64,000 bases of DNA from contig OZ316899.1 of assembly GCA_973895155.1 (NCBI GenBank), positions 5,769,241-5,833,240 of the forward strand. Reading direction: 5' to 3'. A program made the position numbers and the translations under genes. The DNA is from Marsupella aquatica (Eukaryota; Plantae; Marchantiophyta). Under the pieces are notes generated by a model. That model did no database searches, had not been told where the DNA came from, and saw only the letters and a list, made by a program, of their open reading frames with translations. Shown here one piece after another: positions 60,359 to 64,000 of the stretch (position 1 is the stretch's first letter; each line of letters starts with the position of its first letter).

Positions 60359-60669
60359 GGTATCATACAGTACATTAGTTAGAAATGATAGAAAAATTAT
60401 AAATTTTGAACTTTTTCTAAGTCAAAGGTGCAGTATAGTTACCTTTTGTAGCAATTTAGATCAACTGAACACTTTACCTAATGCCATGCTACACCGGAGA
60501 CTACTTCCTATTCTGGATCTTGAACAACATCGGAAGTCTTTACCTTTCTATCGGCATTACGCTCAAGACATGGATGCAATTTGAGAAGCTATGCAGACAA
60601 ACGCTTTCACGAGAGTTCAGCAACCAGATCAGACAACACTACTCCAACAAGATTTTATTTGGAAATTTT

Positions 60670-61825
60670 TAGGAACTTTTCAAGTAAAACCCGCGAAAAC
60701 CCACGGGAAGGGGGGCCAAAGTAGCCAAAACAACAGCCAAAAAAACCAAGCAACCAGGGCCAAAGTCCCAGTGAACAGAGGTAATCGGCACAGACACATA
60801 TGAATTTAAAAAGAGACCAAACCTAAAGCAAGACAGTCGGACACCAGGAAGCCAGGGGAGACCCCGGACCAACGGCCGGTCCGCAGTAGAAGGCCGCACA
60901 CAACTATAGATCCGCCCTCTATGAGGTGCTCCGGTAAAAGCAAAAACTGTAGTAAAATAGCCAATTCTAAGGAGCCAAAGCTCACCTCAAATCCTAAAGC
61001 ACCCTGTAAATCAGATCGCCTCACCATGTCACAAATGCATCCTTCCTTCCTTCCTATCCACCTCCTCCTCTCAGTGATCATCACATCCTTGGCAAGGAGT
61101 AGCCACGAGTGCTTGCGGCCAGGGCCAAAAGTATCACACAGCCCATGAATGTTAGCAGCCATTTCAGATAGGACTAGGTTTAAGTTGAAGGATCTGCTTT
61201 TAAGGGGGTTGAAAAGCTGGTCATTTTGAGCATTCCAAAGTGCCCACAGGACCTGATACACAATGAATGCCACGATAGTGTTCGTGTGACGGGGTCCTTT
61301 AAAAGATCCAAGCAGCACTAGAATGTTTGCTAGAGGCCAAAGGATAAAACCAGGAAAAGTCTGGAACACCAAACTCCAACATTTACGAGCAAATTGGCAC
61401 TCAAAGAAGAGGTGAGGGATAGACTCCAGTTCAGTAGAGCAAATTTGACACATACCATTGCTCTTTCCAATTCTGAGGGCCCGAGTGCCTATGAAAAGTC
61501 CTTGCGCGAGTACTCTCCAGACAAAGATGCGGGATTTCAGAGGAAGATCCGAAGTCCAGAGTGACAGCCAAAGGCTGTTCCAGCCCAACTCCGAAAGAGT
61601 TGAATGCCAGATCCGATTGAGGCGACGGTAGTCTGATCCTTTTGGGCGGAGCAGATGATACATACGAACATTAGGTAAAGTGAATTTCCTCATCCGTTCA
61701 GGTTTGTCGGCCCACCGCCACTGCCCAACAGAAACAAGCCCAAACCGCAGTTGATCTGTAGTTCTGGTGAAATTGCTCAAGAATCCCAAGCTCAACTCTT
61801 TAGTCCTGTCGTCCAGGCTTCGCAT
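60670..61825 (-). mobile_element. 5'-truncated L1-type LINE fragment (zf-RVT region of ORF2 and 3' UTR)
   Basis: LWTSDLPLKSRIFVWRVL...CQICSTELESIPHLFFECQFARKCW...LWALWNAQN. Confidence 0.85.
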
Positions 61826-64000
61826 CCTAGCTAATTTACTAGAGTAGAGAGCGGTAGTGCTTGGAGAAGGATCTTTTAAATCCGCAATATCTCTCCAACA
61901 AGATTAGTTGTCCTACGACAATAGTTTAGATCAGCTGATCTCTGCAATTTTAATTAAATAGCTTAAGTAGTCAGAAAAGTCTCATACTTTTTCAGGAGGT
62001 AGCCCTTATGTAGTAGACCCTACCCTGAAAGTAGCCCTTATGTAGTTTAGAAGTTATTAGCATTTTAGTTTTGTAAAAAGCGTGAGTGCGCAAAGGCGCA
62101 ACGGCGCAACGGCGCTTCCGACACTTGGAAAATTTTCCGGAAAAATGTATTTTTTATCCAACAGCACTTTTCACCTATTTTATTAAGGCACTTAGACACC
62201 TCATAAAAGTCTAAAATTTTGCCAGCATGTAGCATGTATGTAATCCTTGCACCTAGAAAATTTTCACCCCATTATGACCTTTGTGTTAGAAATTAAAATT
62301 CAGACAAAGTTACTATTTGTTAGTTTTATCACAAAAGTGCAAAAACACTTTTACTCCAGTTAACACTAGAGATTATTTTTGATTAGTTTTTATTTCCATG
62401 AGCATTCTAGTGAACCTTAAGTACTCCTGTAACATATTTTCATATTTTTTACTTTAGTTTATGACCCTTAAGATATGAAAGGGCATGTCCTTTCATTATC
62501 TTGCTCCCCTTTAGTCCCTGCTAGCCTATATGTAGTAGAATTTTTGTCACTTTTAGTGTGAAGGAATTTCATGAGTGCTTAGTTGCAAGATTACAACTTT
62601 GTTACCTCCATTTGTAGCAAGCACTCCATTGCATATAAGTACTTAATACAAATAATTTCTTCCCCCTTCAAGTCTGAATGAATGAGAAGTTTGGACCCTT
62701 GAAATAAAATTGTTGTGATTGTTAAATCTTTGGTATATGTAGAAATAGATTCCTTGTTGGTGATGTTTCACATATTCCTTAGTTCTTGATGCATAATTGT
62801 TGGCGTGACATTGCTTGTGCACCGGATGCAAAGAATGTTATTCACCAATTACTTATGGCTTCAAATTTGATGATGATTGTATCTCTTATTCGTGACACAA
62901 AGTACCGATTGGATACAGAAGTGATTGATTACTAGTCTCCACTCAATATCTTGGAAGGAAAAGTAGAGACATGTTGACGGCATCTTAGTAATCATCCTAG
63001 TACCGTAATCCTTTCCAAAAATGTTCTTACGACCTAAATCATCTCAAATTAAGTGATGTTGAGGAGTCACCTTGGTTGTTTCCTAACTCCCTCACCATAC
63101 CTCAAGATTTTCATTGTGTTTTGTTAATTGATTCTATTTTGTTATTTTATTTACAATGTTAAGCAAACATTCAAATCTGTGCCTTGCTGAGCAACCATAG
63201 TAAAAGGCTCAAACCTGTGTTTTTTGTTACTTAAGTCATTCATAAGTGCTAAATCATAGAAAATCAATCCTTTACATGTTCTTCTATAGGAATGAATACC
63301 GAGTTTTGGATCTTAAATGTTTATTTATATCCCTGGTGTGATACTACACATGGTGCTCTCCCCTGATGAGAAAGAAGGTGAAAATTGGAGGGCGCACCGC
63401 GCTGCCACATTGCCTTCATCTCCATCTTTGTTCGCGTCATGTTTACCAAGGACTTTCATAAGAATGAGTCTGGATGGAACGATTGTTTTACATCATATAC
63501 CAAACGACCACTCAAATATCACACCAAATATGTACTAACCGGGATCGGGTAATGGAAGCAATCGGCGTACGTATAATGGGTACATGTCTATTCACATGCA
63601 TGTCACTTTCCTTCAACGCTATCTAGTCCGTGTTGAGGTGACTTGCAACGTACAAGACAATCATCATCATCGCCACTAAAAATTCAGCAATTATTGGTAT
63701 CCTACCCCTAGACGGTTGAAGGGACAACGACGTCCACTTGTAATAACGGGTACATGTCCTTTCACACACACTCCAGGTTTGGCCAACAAATGAGTTAATA
63801 TTGATTTGACCTGCAACGGTCAAGACTGTCATGATTAGTTTTGGGGATTGTACGAGCGTATGATTCCACAGTTACTATGTAATCCCATTTTGGCGAGGAT
63901 CTCTGAGATCTGAGGCCAACAACTTCTTTGTTGAATTGACGACAAAGGGTTTAGGGTTTAAGTACATCTCGGAGAGGGTCTCCAAGATTTGGCGGTTCTC

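Noticed and set aside
61830-64000. Possible host exons or TE end (GGCGCAAC repeats near 62090, short ORFs)
   Set aside because: No recognisable protein motif, TIR pair or TSD within the window.

Overview
Eukaryotic window, most likely from a non-flowering land plant (inference), made almost entirely of nested transposable elements. No host gene is confidently recognised. Target-site duplications (TSDs) and restored reading frames resolve the nest. Chromovirus A (Ty3/Gypsy, +, 1-26231) is split by a 4016-bp solo-LTR-like unit S1 (1921-5936, TSD TTCAG) carrying an intact 882-aa ORF, and by Gypsy element B (-, 6404-23029, 4-bp TSD ACGT). The 5' LTR of B holds a young full-length non-chromovirus element C (+, 13511-22527, TSD GCTCC). 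Next come a rearranged A-family relic and a decayed S1 relative (S2). A B-family element D is interrupted by a 9.65-kb CACTA (31248-40898, TSD TTT). An A-family 3' end is inserted in a Helitron, which is interrupted by a 10.4-kb P-like DDE transposon (47850-58214, 8-bp TSD). The window ends with LTR stubs, an AT-hook repeat ORF, an L1 fragment and unassigned sequence. Most notable is the chromatin-related cargo: a SET-domain exon spliceable from the CACTA transposase first exon, an EDM2-like PHD module and Pol-lambda-like BRCT in the P-like element, and protein-coding LTRs. A-family LTRs also have non-canonical AGT...ACT ends. All domain calls are by eye and need HMM or structure confirmation.
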